From the NCBI GenBank assembly GCA_041658985.1, contig JBAZZC010000001.1, positions 1,813 to 65,812 on the forward strand: 64,000 nucleotides of DNA, given 5' to 3'. A program made the translations under genes and the position numbers. Positions 1-9,967 of the stretch are shown here, in pieces. Within the stretch, counting starts at the first letter, position 1; every line of letters begins with the position of its first letter. This DNA is from Minisyncoccota bacterium. Its GTDB lineage: Bacteria; Patescibacteriota; Minisyncoccia; Phycocordibacterales; DATDWN01. The notes under the pieces are model-generated. The model saw only the letters and a list, made by a program, of their open reading frames with translations, made no database searches and was not told where the DNA came from.

Positions 1-20
1 ACACCATCGACACGGAAACT

Positions 21-287
21 GTGTTCTTGCACGGAATCCTGCAAACTTCAGAGGAACAGAGAACCACAGTCCCCGTGCTGGAAATACGAGGAAAGGTGGG
101 AGTTCGAATCACTCAACACCTGAGTCTGGGTGGAGGAGTCTTCACCTCGCAATGGCTCAGCGTACCGATGGCTCCATCGTGGTCATTCCCTGGACAGTGG
201 ACCGCACTGGGGGGAACCAATTCGAAGCCCAACGTCCGGAACCTCTCGTTCATGGGCTACTCGTTCTTCGTCAGAGCCTCGTTCTAA
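21..287 (+). CDS. GC-rich ORF, 3' end of a gene probably starting before the window; unknown product
   Basis: open frame with GC-rich codon usage unlike surrounding genome; followed by two GC hairpins (gcgccgtaatggcgc, gagttgaga..tctcaactc) at 330-370. Confidence 0.3.
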   Translation: MFLHGILQTSEEQRTTVPVLEIRGKVGVRITQHLSLGGGVFTSQWLSVPMAPSWSFPGQWTALGGTNSKPNVRNLSFMGYSFFVRASF

Positions 288-523
288 TCACGTTTCCTGA
301 CGTCACAAGCGCGCCGTAATGGCGCACATGTTCTTTACGGAGTTGAGAATTACGGTCTCAACTCAAAACCCAAGCTCTTCGTGCTAGAACCACTGGGAGC
401 TTGTTTCGGTTTAAAAAATTTCACTAACATTCGTCCAAATCTGAAATTTATAGAAGTGTTTCTTTGTATAAATTTATAAAAACATGTTGATAATAGAGTT
501 AGTGTAGGGGTATACTTATACAT

Positions 524-904
524 ATGTCGTTTATCTTTTCGTATCTATCTTGGCACTACTCAAAAGCTTTTTTGAATATCTACGGAATTTTTTCAAATTT
601 TCTCTGGGTAATTTACAGATTTTTTTCCATTCCACTCTTACTTAAGACCTTTTTCTCCCCTTGGCGCCGTCTGGATAGTTCATACTCACAAAAAGTCAAT
701 CTCGGAGAATATTTTGGCACTTTTGTTGTCAACACATTAATGCGTTTAGTCGGTATGTTTGTAAGGCTAATTGTGATAGTTGTTGGTATTCTTTGTTTAA
801 TCTTTGTGTTTCTACTTGGAATTGTCTCTTTTCTCGCCTGGATTATTTTACCAGTTTTTATTGTTTGGATTCTTTATACTGGAATAATAAAAATACTCCA
901 ATAA
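524..904 (+). CDS. small integral membrane protein (hypothetical)
   Basis: ORF with several hydrophobic segments; promoter-like TTGATA..TATACT upstream; abuts next gene. Confidence 0.45.
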   Translation: MSFIFSYLSWHYSKAFLNIYGIFSNFLWVIYRFFSIPLLLKTFFSPWRRLDSSYSQKVNLGEYFGTFVVNTLMRLVGMFVRLIVIVVGILCLIFVFLLGIVSFLAWIILPVFIVWILYTGIIKILQ

Positions 905-905
905 T

Positions 906-3338
906 ATGAACAACACTATTTTGGAAAAAATCACAAAAAAATACGACCCAGCAAATACACTTGATGGTGTGATGCCTCTTAGGTGGCGAGAATTAATAAA
1001 AAATTTTTTTATTGATTTAACTATTTTTCTTTTTGTCTGGTTTGTTGCCTCTCCTACCGTTACTCCAGCATACACAACACTAATTCAAGGATTAACCTTG
1101 CTTTCTTTTGGTGTTGCATTTTTACTCTTTTGTTTAGACAGTTTCTGTCTTGATTTATATTTTGATGACCTACCGACAGTATTTACGGAACCACATTTTA
1201 AAAATCTTGAAATGACTGGGTCATATATTGTAGCGGGAATAATAAAAAGTACGAAAGAAGATGTTGCCTCTGGATTATTTCATTCTAGTATAGGTAGATT
1301 ACTAAGCACCCGTCTGGATATTCCTCTAGAAGAAGTAAATTTATTTATAAAAAACAAGAAAGATAAAGTCGCCCTAAGTCAGATTGAAATGCAAACCGAA
1401 AACAGGAGTGACCTATTTGAGAGTTATGCAATATCTATATACAAACAGGACAAAGAATTTAAGGACTTTCTTTTCCGTTATTCCATCAAGGAAAAAGAGC
1501 TCGGTGGCACAGCCCAGTGGATTACCAAACAATATGAAAGAGAAAAAAGAAATAGGAGGTGGTGGGGACGGGACGGCTTAAGCAAAGTAGATGGTATTGG
1601 AAAAGATTGGTCTTACGGAAAGGCTTTTGTTCTTGAGAAATATGCCACAAAGATAGAGGATTTGTATAACTTTTCCTCAAGCGGATTGGGACATCACAAA
1701 GAAGAGGTTGAAAAAATAGAAAGCATTCTTTCTCGAAAAAATGAGGCCAATATTTTGCTTGTGGCAGATGATGACCTACAAATGATTGGTATTCTTATAG
1801 AATTTTCAAAAAAAGTCCTTGGTGAAAAATCACCTTCTCTAAAAAATAAAATTATATTAACTGTTGATATAAACGATGTCATAGTTAATAAAAAAACAAA
1901 AGCGGATTTTGAAGAAGAAATCGTTAATATGTTTAACGGAGCGGTTGGAGCCGGAAATATAATCTTAGTCATTAAAAATCTTCCAAGTAGTATTTTAAAT
2001 AGCAACAGCATAGGAAGTGATTTTCTTGGACTGGTTGGCCCTTATTTAGACTCTCTTTCTCTCCAAATAATTGCCTTAAGCGATATTAAAAGTTTTCACC
2101 AGTATATTGAAAACAATATATCAATAATGGAAAAATTTGAGACCGTCCTTCTGAAAGAAGACTCCGAGGATAATCTCATTTATAATCTACAAAAAACCAC
2201 GGCTGAATTGGAGCAAAAATATGGCGTATTTTTTACGTATCCATCTCTAGTAGCTGTGGCTGAAAATGCCTCACGATATTTTATGGGACAGATTATTTCT
2301 GACAAAGCCAAGGACATGCTGGTTGAGTTGCCACAACTGGTTTTAAGACAAAAAAGAAAGACTGTAACTAAACAGGATGTTTTGAACATAGTAGAAACAA
2401 AAACCGGTATTCCTGTCGGAGAAATAAAAGAAAAAGAGAAAAATAAACTTCTGAATTTAGAAAAGATTCTCCACGAACGAGTTATAAGTCAAAACGAAGC
2501 TATCATTGCTATTGGGAGCAGTTTAAGACGAGCAAGGTCTGGCATAGAATCAGGAAATAAGCCTTTGGGCTCTTTCTTATTCCTTGGCCCAACCGGTGTA
2601 GGAAAAACGGAAACCGCCAAAGCTCTGTCTGAAGTATTTTTTGATAGTGATAAAAAGATAATTCGCCTAGATATGTCGGAATACAGCGGACCAAATGCTC
2701 TGTCTCAGCTTTTGGGTTCATTTGAAACAGGTAAGCAGGGTGTCTTAACTTCACTTTTGCGAGAAAATCAATATGGAGTTCTGCTTTTGGATGAGTTTGA
2801 AAAAGCTAATAGTGAAGTACATAATTTGTTTCTCCAAATATTGGACGAGGGAATTTTTTCTGATATGGTTGGTAAAAAAGTAAATGCCCGTAATCTTATT
2901 ATTATAGCCACATCAAACGCCGGAAGTTCTACTATCTGGGATTATGTTAAGGAATCAAAAAGTTTGGCCGACGGTAAACAAGAAATTATTGATGAAATTA
3001 TTCATCAAGGACTTTTCAAGCCAGAGCTTATAAACCGCTTTGACGGAGTTATTCTTTTCCACCCATTAAGTGAAACTGATTTAAAACAAGTAGCCAACCT
3101 GATGCTAAAAAAACTAGCCAAAAGATTAGAAGAAAAAAGTCTGGAATTAGTTATTACAGATGATTTGATAGATTATTTAGTGGAGAAAGGTTCGGACCCT
3201 GCATTTGGAGCTAGACCAATCAACAGAGCCATCCAAGATAATGTCGAAGAGATAATCGCCCGCAAATTAATAAGTGGTGATGTTAAACCAGGGTCACAAA
3301 TAACCATATCCAAAGAAGAACTGGTGTCAATAAAATGA
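906..3338 (+). CDS. membrane-anchored Clp/Hsp100-family AAA+ ATPase (ClpB/ClpC-like, single active D2 module)
   Basis: Walker A GPTGVGKTE, sensor/arginine-finger region and ClpB-like D2 C-terminal domain; middle region resembles degenerate D1; N-terminal 100 aa contain transmembrane helices. Confidence 0.8.
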   Translation: MNNTILEKITKKYDPANTLDGVMPLRWRELIKNFFIDLTIFLFVWFVASPTVTPAYTTLIQGLTLLSFGVAFLLFCLDSFCLDLYFDDLPTVFTEPHFKNLEMTGSYIVAGIIKSTKEDVASGLFHSSIGRLLSTRLDIPLEEVNLFIKNKKDKVALSQIEMQTENRSDLFESYAISIYKQDKEFKDFLFRYSIKEKELGGTAQWITKQYEREKRNRRWWGRDGLSKVDGIGKDWSYGKAFVLEKYATKIEDLYNFSSSGLGHHKEEVEKIESILSRKNEANILLVADDDLQMIGILIEFSKKVLGEKSPSLKNKIILTVDINDVIVNKKTKADFEEEIVNMFNGAVGAGNIILVIKNLPSSILNSNSIGSDFLGLVGPYLDSLSLQIIALSDIKSFHQYIENNISIMEKFETVLLKEDSEDNLIYNLQKTTAELEQKYGVFFTYPSLVAVAENASRYFMGQIISDKAKDMLVELPQLVLRQKRKTVTKQDVLNIVETKTGIPVGEIKEKEKNKLLNLEKILHERVISQNEAIIAIGSSLRRARSGIESGNKPLGSFLFLGPTGVGKTETAKALSEVFFDSDKKIIRLDMSEYSGPNALSQLLGSFETGKQGVLTSLLRENQYGVLLLDEFEKANSEVHNLFLQILDEGIFSDMVGKKVNARNLIIIATSNAGSSTIWDYVKESKSLADGKQEIIDEIIHQGLFKPELINRFDGVILFHPLSETDLKQVANLMLKKLAKRLEEKSLELVITDDLIDYLVEKGSDPAFGARPINRAIQDNVEEIIARKLISGDVKPGSQITISKEELVSIK

Positions 3339-3967
3339 GAAATTTTATAATAATTATCGTTTTGGTCTTGGTCGTCGGTGGAGTATGGTTTGCTAAAAGC
3401 AAAAACGTGGCGGTTGTTGATAAAACCTTAACGTCCTATAACAATTCAAGCTTAGGAATTTCTTTTACTTATCCAAAAATCCTAACAGCTAGTACAACGA
3501 GTGGTGTTATAACCCTCCATCACGAAGTTCCTTTTGTTCACCATGATTATTGTGATTTTAAAGGAGAAATAGATACAACAATTAACACATTAACTGATTT
3601 TGATGTTAAATTCTTCATTCAAAACAAAAACCTTGTCGAAACAATGAAAACCGTCAGCCCCTATATCCCCCAAGAAAACTTTATAGACAACACAGTAATA
3701 GAATCGCCCGGATTTATTGATAAATACTCGGTTGGTAAACTAGATGGATACAAAATATTTGAAGGGGCCGAAGGTTGTGGCCAAACAACATATTATTTTC
3801 CTGTTTCGGATACAAAAACAATTGTTGTACAGGAAGCACTGGTTACGGTGTTTACGGGAGTAATAGATGTTGAGAATATGGATAAAGCCCTAGCTGTTCC
3901 GGGGGTTATAAATAAAGAAAAATCTGCTGAAATATTTGAATCTATTTTGAAAACTTTGAAAATATAG
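3335..3967 (+). CDS. hypothetical protein with N-terminal signal anchor
   Basis: 4-nt overlap (ATGA) with clp-like gene; N-terminal hydrophobic helix. Confidence 0.5.
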   Translation: MRNFIIIIVLVLVVGGVWFAKSKNVAVVDKTLTSYNNSSLGISFTYPKILTASTTSGVITLHHEVPFVHHDYCDFKGEIDTTINTLTDFDVKFFIQNKNLVETMKTVSPYIPQENFIDNTVIESPGFIDKYSVGKLDGYKIFEGAEGCGQTTYYFPVSDTKTIVVQEALVTVFTGVIDVENMDKALAVPGVINKEKSAEIFESILKTLKI

Positions 3968-4074
3968 AAAATTTGATTTCTTTCTCACTAAAATCAATTT
4001 TTCTTGTGTATTTACATAAAATATGCTATGTTTCTCCTATGTTTCTTAGGTTTTATTAATTAATCATATAATTT

Positions 4075-4584
4075 TTGTCTACATACGTTAGGATAAACAA
4101 TCAAATCCAAGCTCCAGAATTAAGAGTAATTATGGAGGATGGTTCTAATTTGGGAGTATTATCTTTCAAAGAGGCCCTGGATAAGGCTAGAGAGGCCGGA
4201 CTTGACCTCTTAGAGATATCACCAAATGCTGTCCCTCCTGTTGCAAAAATTATGGATTATGGTAAATTTCAGTATGCTGAAAACAAGAAGCAAAAGATAG
4301 CAAAAACCAAGGCCCATACGGTAGAAGTCAAAAATATACAAGTAAAAGTGGGTACTGGGGACCACGATTTAGAACTTAAAGCCAAGAAAGCTTCGGGTTG
4401 GTTAAAAGAAGGAAATCGTATAAAAATAGACCTTTTTCTCCCAGGTAGAACCAAATATATGGATATGAAGTTCCTACGTGAACGTATGGATAGAGTTTTG
4501 AAACTTATTACTGAAGAATATAAGATTGCTGATGAAGCCAAAAAGTCACCAAAAGGTCTTAGTATCATCATAGAAAAGGCATAA
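4075..4584 (+). CDS. infC: translation initiation factor IF-3
   Basis: RINxxIxAxEVRxI...EISPNAxPPVxKIMDYGKF motif; non-ATG start probable as usual for infC; first gene of infC-rpmI-rplT. Confidence 0.9.
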   Translation: MSTYVRINNQIQAPELRVIMEDGSNLGVLSFKEALDKAREAGLDLLEISPNAVPPVAKIMDYGKFQYAENKKQKIAKTKAHTVEVKNIQVKVGTGDHDLELKAKKASGWLKEGNRIKIDLFLPGRTKYMDMKFLRERMDRVLKLITEEYKIADEAKKSPKGLSIIIEKA

Positions 4585-4596
4585 AAACAAGATATC

Positions 4597-4785
4597 ATGT
4601 CAACAAAAACAAACAAAAGCTTCACAAAAAGATTAAAAGTTAGTAAAAACGGCAAAATTAGTGCACGTAAAACTGGCCAAAATCATTTTAATGTTAAAGA
4701 AAGCCGAAGAACACAGCTTGCAAAGAAAAGAGGTGTATCTTTTACAATAAGTAATAAAGACAGAGCACATTATATTAAGAACTAA
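4597..4785 (+). CDS. rpmI: 50S ribosomal protein L35
   Basis: 62-aa basic protein TKRLKVSKNGKI... between infC and rplT. Confidence 0.85.
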   Translation: MSTKTNKSFTKRLKVSKNGKISARKTGQNHFNVKESRRTQLAKKRGVSFTISNKDRAHYIKN

Positions 4786-4815
4786 TTTTCAATTACTAAT
4801 TTCTAAACAAATACA

Positions 4816-5208
4816 ATGACACGGGTTAAAAAAGCGGTAAATGCCTTAAAATCAAGAAAAAATGTCCTCCGAAAGGTAAAGGGTTATAGACATGGAAGAA
4901 GCACAAAGGAGAGACAAGCAACTGAGGCCATATTTCATGCTGGAGCTTACGCTTTTGCCCACAGACGAGATAAAAAGAGTGATGCAAGAAAATTGTGGAA
5001 CGTAAAAATTTCGTATGCATGTAAAGAACTTGGCACGTCTTACAGCAAACTCATCGGGGCCTTAACAAAGAAAAAAATTCTTATAGACAGAAAAATCCTG
5101 GCCACTCTTGTAGAGGAAAACCCTGAAATATTTAAAAAAATCGTTGAATTCGCTAATTCAACCACTCCACCTAAAACAGCAAAAGAAAAAGAAACATCAA
5201 CAAAATAA
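4816..5208 (+). CDS. rplT: 50S ribosomal protein L20
   Basis: MTRVKKAVNALKSRKNVLRKVKGY...ID RKILA motifs typical of L20. Confidence 0.9.
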   Translation: MTRVKKAVNALKSRKNVLRKVKGYRHGRSTKERQATEAIFHAGAYAFAHRRDKKSDARKLWNVKISYACKELGTSYSKLIGALTKKKILIDRKILATLVEENPEIFKKIVEFANSTTPPKTAKEKETSTK

Positions 5209-5249
5209 TATAATCTACTACAATATATCGTAGTAAATTAATACAAAAA

Positions 5250-5277
5250 TTCCGGCTCTGGCCGGTTTTTTGTTTTA
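5250..5277 (+). terminator. rho-independent terminator of infC-rpmI-rplT
   Basis: ccggctctggccgg hairpin followed by tttttt. Confidence 0.7.
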
Positions 5278-5565
5278 TAAATAGCCTCTTTTCTTCAATT
5301 CGGCTTTTGTCTTTTCAACAATTTCTAACATTATTGCTCCACCACCAATTTCTTGGCTCGGTCTTGTGAGTGCATCACCACTTTTTCTAATTAGATAACC
5401 TTCAGAGTCAAGTTCACCCGTAAAATTCTCTATGAAATATTCTCTGTCCTTAGTCCTTAAAAATTCTAGAGCTAGTCGTTGTAAAATAGGTTCAGCTATT
5501 GAGTCTGTCTGCAATTGAACTATATCCATCGCTTCATAATTTTTTGGTTCTGAGTCTATTACCAT
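5275..5565 (-). CDS. hypothetical protein
   Basis: 96-aa ORF upstream partner of beta-CASP nuclease gene; no recognisable motif. Confidence 0.4.
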   Translation of the reverse strand: MVIDSEPKNYEAMDIVQLQTDSIAEPILQRLALEFLRTKDREYFIENFTGELDSEGYLIRKSGDALTRPSQEIGGGAIMLEIVEKTKAELKKRGYL

Positions 5566-5575
5566 ATATTTTTGA

Positions 5576-6952
5576 TTAAATTTTTAATCTATATATTTTA
5601 CCACGTTCCGGATAAATAGCATCTACATCCAGTTCTTCACGTAAACGTTGAACTAAATATGTTGAAGCACTTGGCTCGCCCATTACCACAAAGACTCTCT
5701 TGACTGTACTTGCTGTATTAGAAACCATTTCAACAATCCCGTCTGAATCTTTGTGCGATGAGTAGCCAGATATCATTTCTATTCTTGCCCGCACGGGAAT
5801 TACCTTGCCATTTATCTCTACTGATTTTGGTTTGTCTTGTATTCTCCTGCCTAGAGTTCCCACGGCTTGATACCCCATAAGAAGCACGGTGCTTTTTGGA
5901 TCTGGTAGAAAATTCATTTCGTGCCATGTTACCCTTCCCCCAGTCGACATGCCTGAACCAGCAATAATAATTTTTGGGTTAGGAATATTTACAATTTCTT
6001 CAGAATCACGAGATCCATGAGTTATTTTGAGTTTTGGAAAATTAAAAATATCGTCCCCACCACTTATTTCTCGTTGGACTTCTGGATTAAAATCTTTTTT
6101 GAATTGTTTATATATATTTGTAACTTTTAATCCCAAAGGTGAATCGAGATAAACTGGCACTGATGGAATTTTTCCTTCCTCTACCAAATTATTTAATTCA
6201 TACAATATGACTTGTGTTCTCTCTATAGAAAAGGCTGGCATAACTAGTGCACCCCTGTTATTGATTGTCTCCGTTACAATTTGTCGAAACCGAGTATCTC
6301 TTTCTGCTTTTGGCTCATGATTTCTGTCGCCATAGACACTGTCACAAATCAAATAATTGGCATCAGTAATTTTTTCCATATCTCTAAGAAGTGGTGCTGG
6401 TGAATTTCCAGAATCTCCAGTAAAAACAACTTTTTTGCCACCGTAACTAAACTCGTATATTGCTGAACCTAAAATATGCCCAGCATCTTTCAGATAAACC
6501 CCAAAATCTCCTATTTCTGTTTGTATGTGATAAGAAAGGGTCTCCCAGATAGAGAAGGTCTGTTCTAAATCAGCTATTTCATAAAGGGGCATCTCTTTTA
6601 CTTCCTCTGTTAGACTTTGTTTCTTCATCTCCATAACCTTCAAAGCATCCAGAAGCATTACATGGGCCAGCTCCTTTGTCTCTGGTGTAGAATAAATTGT
6701 TCCCCTGAAACCGTCTCTGACTAGTTTGCACACCCTACCAATGTGGTCCATGTGAGCGTGGGTAATAAATAGATAATTAATTGATTTTACATCATAGGAC
6801 CAAGGTTTATTATTTTCTTCGTATGAGTTCGGTGTACCTTGAACCAATCCACAGTCCACAAGTATTTTTGTCTTGTCACTTTCTAACAAAAAATTAGCAC
6901 CAGTAACCGTGCCTATTCCGGAAAAAAAAGTTATATTAAGTTTTTTTACCAT
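5576..6952 (-). CDS. MBL-fold beta-CASP ribonuclease (RNase J / CPSF-like)
   Basis: HAHMDHIG metallo-beta-lactamase motif plus beta-CASP-like C-terminal region; start placed at MVKK (track ORF extends to 7021). Confidence 0.7.
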   Translation of the reverse strand: MVKKLNITFFSGIGTVTGANFLLESDKTKILVDCGLVQGTPNSYEENNKPWSYDVKSINYLFITHAHMDHIGRVCKLVRDGFRGTIYSTPETKELAHVMLLDALKVMEMKKQSLTEEVKEMPLYEIADLEQTFSIWETLSYHIQTEIGDFGVYLKDAGHILGSAIYEFSYGGKKVVFTGDSGNSPAPLLRDMEKITDANYLICDSVYGDRNHEPKAERDTRFRQIVTETINNRGALVMPAFSIERTQVILYELNNLVEEGKIPSVPVYLDSPLGLKVTNIYKQFKKDFNPEVQREISGGDDIFNFPKLKITHGSRDSEEIVNIPNPKIIIAGSGMSTGGRVTWHEMNFLPDPKSTVLLMGYQAVGTLGRRIQDKPKSVEINGKVIPVRARIEMISGYSSHKDSDGIVEMVSNTASTVKRVFVVMGEPSASTYLVQRLREELDVDAIYPERGKIYRLKI

Positions 6953-7331
6953 ATTTTTTTGTATACAAACCAACAAAAAGACCTCCCAAGACATCAAAGA
7001 CCAAATCTGAAGCTGTATCATTTATATACTCTGGTGTAGAAAAAGAAGAAACAAGACCAAAATATACTTCGTATATTTCCCAAAAAATACCCACCACTAG
7101 AGTTCCTAGTACAACAATTGCAACCGTTCTATAAATACTCCATACAGCCACATTAAAGATTTTCTGGAATAACAGCAATATTATTAATCCTACCGCCACC
7201 CCAGAAAGCAAATGAAGAACTATGTCATACCACCAAACCGTCCAAGTTAAATAAAACTTAGCGTCTAGAAGATATAAAACTAAAATCAAAACCAATAGAC
7301 CAAAAAGAACTTTACGTAATTTTGTATACAT
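6936..7331 (-). CDS. small polytopic membrane protein (hypothetical)
   Basis: 131 aa with about 4 hydrophobic helices. Confidence 0.4.
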   Translation of the reverse strand: MYTKLRKVLFGLLVLILVLYLLDAKFYLTWTVWWYDIVLHLLSGVAVGLIILLLFQKIFNVAVWSIYRTVAIVVLGTLVVGIFWEIYEVYFGLVSSFSTPEYINDTASDLVFDVLGGLFVGLYTKKYGKKT

Positions 7332-7473
7332 TTAATTTATCCGCACACCAATTTTGGCATTGTGTTTTTGTTGCTTATTAAATATTTATCACAAAATATT
7401 ATTCTGATACTTTATAAATCAAATCATCATTTGTGAAAACACGATGCAACGATGCCAAATTTGGTGTTCGGAT
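7329..7473. repeat. family-1 inverted-repeat element copy 1 (TIR ATCCGCACACcaattttggcattg / caatgccaaatttggtgttcGGAT)
   Basis: 24-bp terminal inverted repeats enclosing about 95 bp AT-rich core; same ends at 6 other loci. Confidence 0.75.
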
Positions 7474-7745
7474 TAATTGTATCAAAATTAAAATACCCAC
7501 GCATTATCGTGAGTCTCTTAATGGGACTACATAGATATTCCCCTACTACAAAAGTAGGTGGGTGCTCGCAAATGCACTCGTCAGAATGACAAATAAATTT
7601 GTCGCTCATCGTGGTACAAAAATATAAAGCTCCCTAAAAATTGTTATCCGGAAAATATCAAATGTAGTCCTGTATGAATTATACCTCCACCACAAACCAC
7701 TTCAATATTGCCCCAGGTAAATAAATGTGCTGTATAAAGAAAATT

Positions 7746-8327
7746 TTATTCGTCTACCCCAAAACGCTTATAATTATACACAGGAACATCCCCAAACCAG
7801 TGTTTAATCTCATGTGCCGATTCTTCGGGAGTTTCCGAACAATGGATGATGTTTGTTACGCAACGCTTTTCTTTGTTGGCTAGTGCAGGAGAATCAATAG
7901 AAAAATCACCCCTAATAGTTCCTACATCGGCCCTATATGGCAACGTATCTCCGGCAAGTTTACGAACAATATCAACCGAATGAATACCTTGGACTATCAT
8001 TTTTACCAGCGGTGCAGATTCCATAAAATCAACAAGCCACTTTCTAATCTCTGGACCAATTTTGGCTGGATCGTTTGTACCAAAATCTGAAATCAGGTCA
8101 TAACCATATTTTTCATAAGTAGATACAGTTTTACTTCCTAAACGAGTTATCCATTCTTCATTTTTTGGATAGTGATTATCCAATTGGTCGTGTGTTGGTT
8201 GAAACATTTCAAGAGCAACTATTTTCAGATCGCGTTGTTCAAAACGCCTAATAACTTCCCCAATCAGCCCTTTTCTAACCCCGTCTGGTTTTATCATTAC
8301 AAATGTTTTTTCTTCTTTTGGATGCAT
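7746..8327 (-). CDS. ndk: nucleoside diphosphate kinase (long form)
   Basis: FVMIKPDGVRKGLIGEVIRRFE NDK motif; 193 aa with insertion. Confidence 0.7.
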   Translation of the reverse strand: MHPKEEKTFVMIKPDGVRKGLIGEVIRRFEQRDLKIVALEMFQPTHDQLDNHYPKNEEWITRLGSKTVSTYEKYGYDLISDFGTNDPAKIGPEIRKWLVDFMESAPLVKMIVQGIHSVDIVRKLAGDTLPYRADVGTIRGDFSIDSPALANKEKRCVTNIIHCSETPEESAHEIKHWFGDVPVYNYKRFGVDE

Positions 8328-8392
8328 AAATAATAAGTTAAAAGTTTATAAAGTCATAAAGTCCATAAAGACTTGCAAAGATAATACAGGAA

Positions 8393-9160
8393 TTATTTTG
8401 TTAACACAATCGGGTCGCCATTAGTAATCGCAATGGTGTGTTCAAAATGAGCTGCTACAGAACCATCTGCTGTTTTGTATGTATAACCATCTTTAGCTAA
8501 AACAATCTTATCTCCACCCAATGTAAGCATCGGTTCAAGAGCAATGACCATTCCAGGCCGTAGAAGCTCACCCCCACCTCTTTGCCCCTCGTTGGGTACA
8601 AATGGGTCCTCATGGACCTTGTAGCCCACTCCATGGCCCGCCAAACCACTACAAATACCATATCCCAGGGCCCTGGCAAAGGATTCTATGGTAAAACCTA
8701 TGTCTCCTATATAACCACCCCCTTTGGCAGCTTTTATACCTAAACCGAGAGCTTCTTTACAATGTTCTATTAGTTTTTTATTTTTTGGAGAAATTTTTCC
8801 AACCCCAACAGTAATAGCACTGTCCGTAATAAGTCCCCCATGAATCAAACCCATATCCAGAGAAACAACATCTCCTTCCTGTAAGATAAGTGGGTCTTCA
8901 TTTGGAATGCCGTGAACGATTTCATTGTTTACTGAAACACACAAAGCAGAAGGGTAAGGTCTTTTTGCCCCGCGAGGAGTGTAGTTTAAAAAAGCCGGAG
9001 TGTCTCCCCCCTCTTTCACCAGTTGTCTAGTAAAATCCTCCAGCACCTCTGTAGAAATTCCAGCTTTAACTTTTTTTGAAACCTCCGACAAAATAAAAGC
9101 GAGGCGTTTGCCACCCTCTCTTAAAATTTCTATTTCCTTTTGGGTTTTAATCGTTACCAT
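8393..9160 (-). CDS. map: methionine aminopeptidase type I
   Basis: pita-bread fold motifs (D..D..H..E..E), HGIGxxxHE-like region; follows adk as in spc operon. Confidence 0.9.
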   Translation of the reverse strand: MVTIKTQKEIEILREGGKRLAFILSEVSKKVKAGISTEVLEDFTRQLVKEGGDTPAFLNYTPRGAKRPYPSALCVSVNNEIVHGIPNEDPLILQEGDVVSLDMGLIHGGLITDSAITVGVGKISPKNKKLIEHCKEALGLGIKAAKGGGYIGDIGFTIESFARALGYGICSGLAGHGVGYKVHEDPFVPNEGQRGGGELLRPGMVIALEPMLTLGGDKIVLAKDGYTYKTADGSVAAHFEHTIAITNGDPIVLTK

Positions 9161-9741
9161 CCTAATTTCTGAAGAATTTCTTTGTGAACGTTTTCTATTG
9201 ATTGTTCCCCATTAATTTCAGTAAATGTATATTTATCATCTTTTTTAAAATATTCAACAGCAGGATAAGTGTCTCTTTCAAACCAATCCAGTCTTTTTTC
9301 TATTCCATAACTGTTATCATCATCCCGACCACGAGCCAAAAGTCTCTCTCTAGACCATTGCCTAGAAACATTCATATAAACAACATTTATTTTTCTACTA
9401 TAAAACTCTGAAATAGAACTAAACACAACCGCTTCTGGTAATGACCTACAGATACCATCAAGCATAATATGTTCACCATCTTTAATTGTCTCTATGAGCA
9501 TATCCGCCCAAAATCTAACCGCTAAAAAGTCAGGCTGTCTTTCTCCTTTTTTATATATTTCTAGTGCCAGTTTATTTGAATATCCCTCTCCGGCAATAAA
9601 CTCCCGAAATTTTGAACCTGTTTCCAGATGAATAATTTCTTTCCCGGGGTCTTTTTCTTTTAAGAGTTTTTCTAAAAGAGCAACTTGGGTACCCTTGCCA
9701 CATCCAGAACGTCCTATAAATATAAATGTCTGAGGAGTCAT
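9154..9741 (-). CDS. adk: adenylate kinase (divergent)
   Basis: P-loop GRSGCGKGTQ, LDGxxRS, position secY-adk-map. Confidence 0.75.
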   Translation of the reverse strand: MTPQTFIFIGRSGCGKGTQVALLEKLLKEKDPGKEIIHLETGSKFREFIAGEGYSNKLALEIYKKGERQPDFLAVRFWADMLIETIKDGEHIMLDGICRSLPEAVVFSSISEFYSRKINVVYMNVSRQWSRERLLARGRDDDNSYGIEKRLDWFERDTYPAVEYFKKDDKYTFTEINGEQSIENVHKEILQKLGW

Positions 9742-9768
9742 AAACTAAATTATAGCAAAAATACTTTC

Positions 9769-9905
9769 ATCCGAACACTAACTCTGGCATTGTCTCTGTG
9801 TTGCTATTCGGATAATAAAATAAATTATAGTAAGCTTGTCTAATTTACAAGTTAAGGTATAAATCGTGAGAGACGATGCAACGATGCCAGAGTTAGTGTG
9901 CGGAT
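9769..9905. repeat. family-1 inverted-repeat element copy 2
   Basis: ATCCGAACACtaactctggcattg ... caacgatgccagagttagtGTGTGCGGAT. Confidence 0.75.
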
Positions 9906-9967
9906 AAATAAACAGCGAACCGTGGAGCGAGAAGTCGCCCCACGGTGTAGTCGAAAGGTACAATGCC

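Noticed and set aside
90-110. gagttcgaatc T-loop-like motif suggesting a tRNA
   Set aside because: Lies inside a GC-rich ORF. No acceptor or anticodon stem can be drawn. No other tRNA-like cloverleaf seen in intergenic regions.
7427-7609. 60-aa Cys-rich ORF (CHSDECICEHP)
   Set aside because: Half of it is encoded by the right arm of family-1 element copy 1. Likely fortuitous frame.
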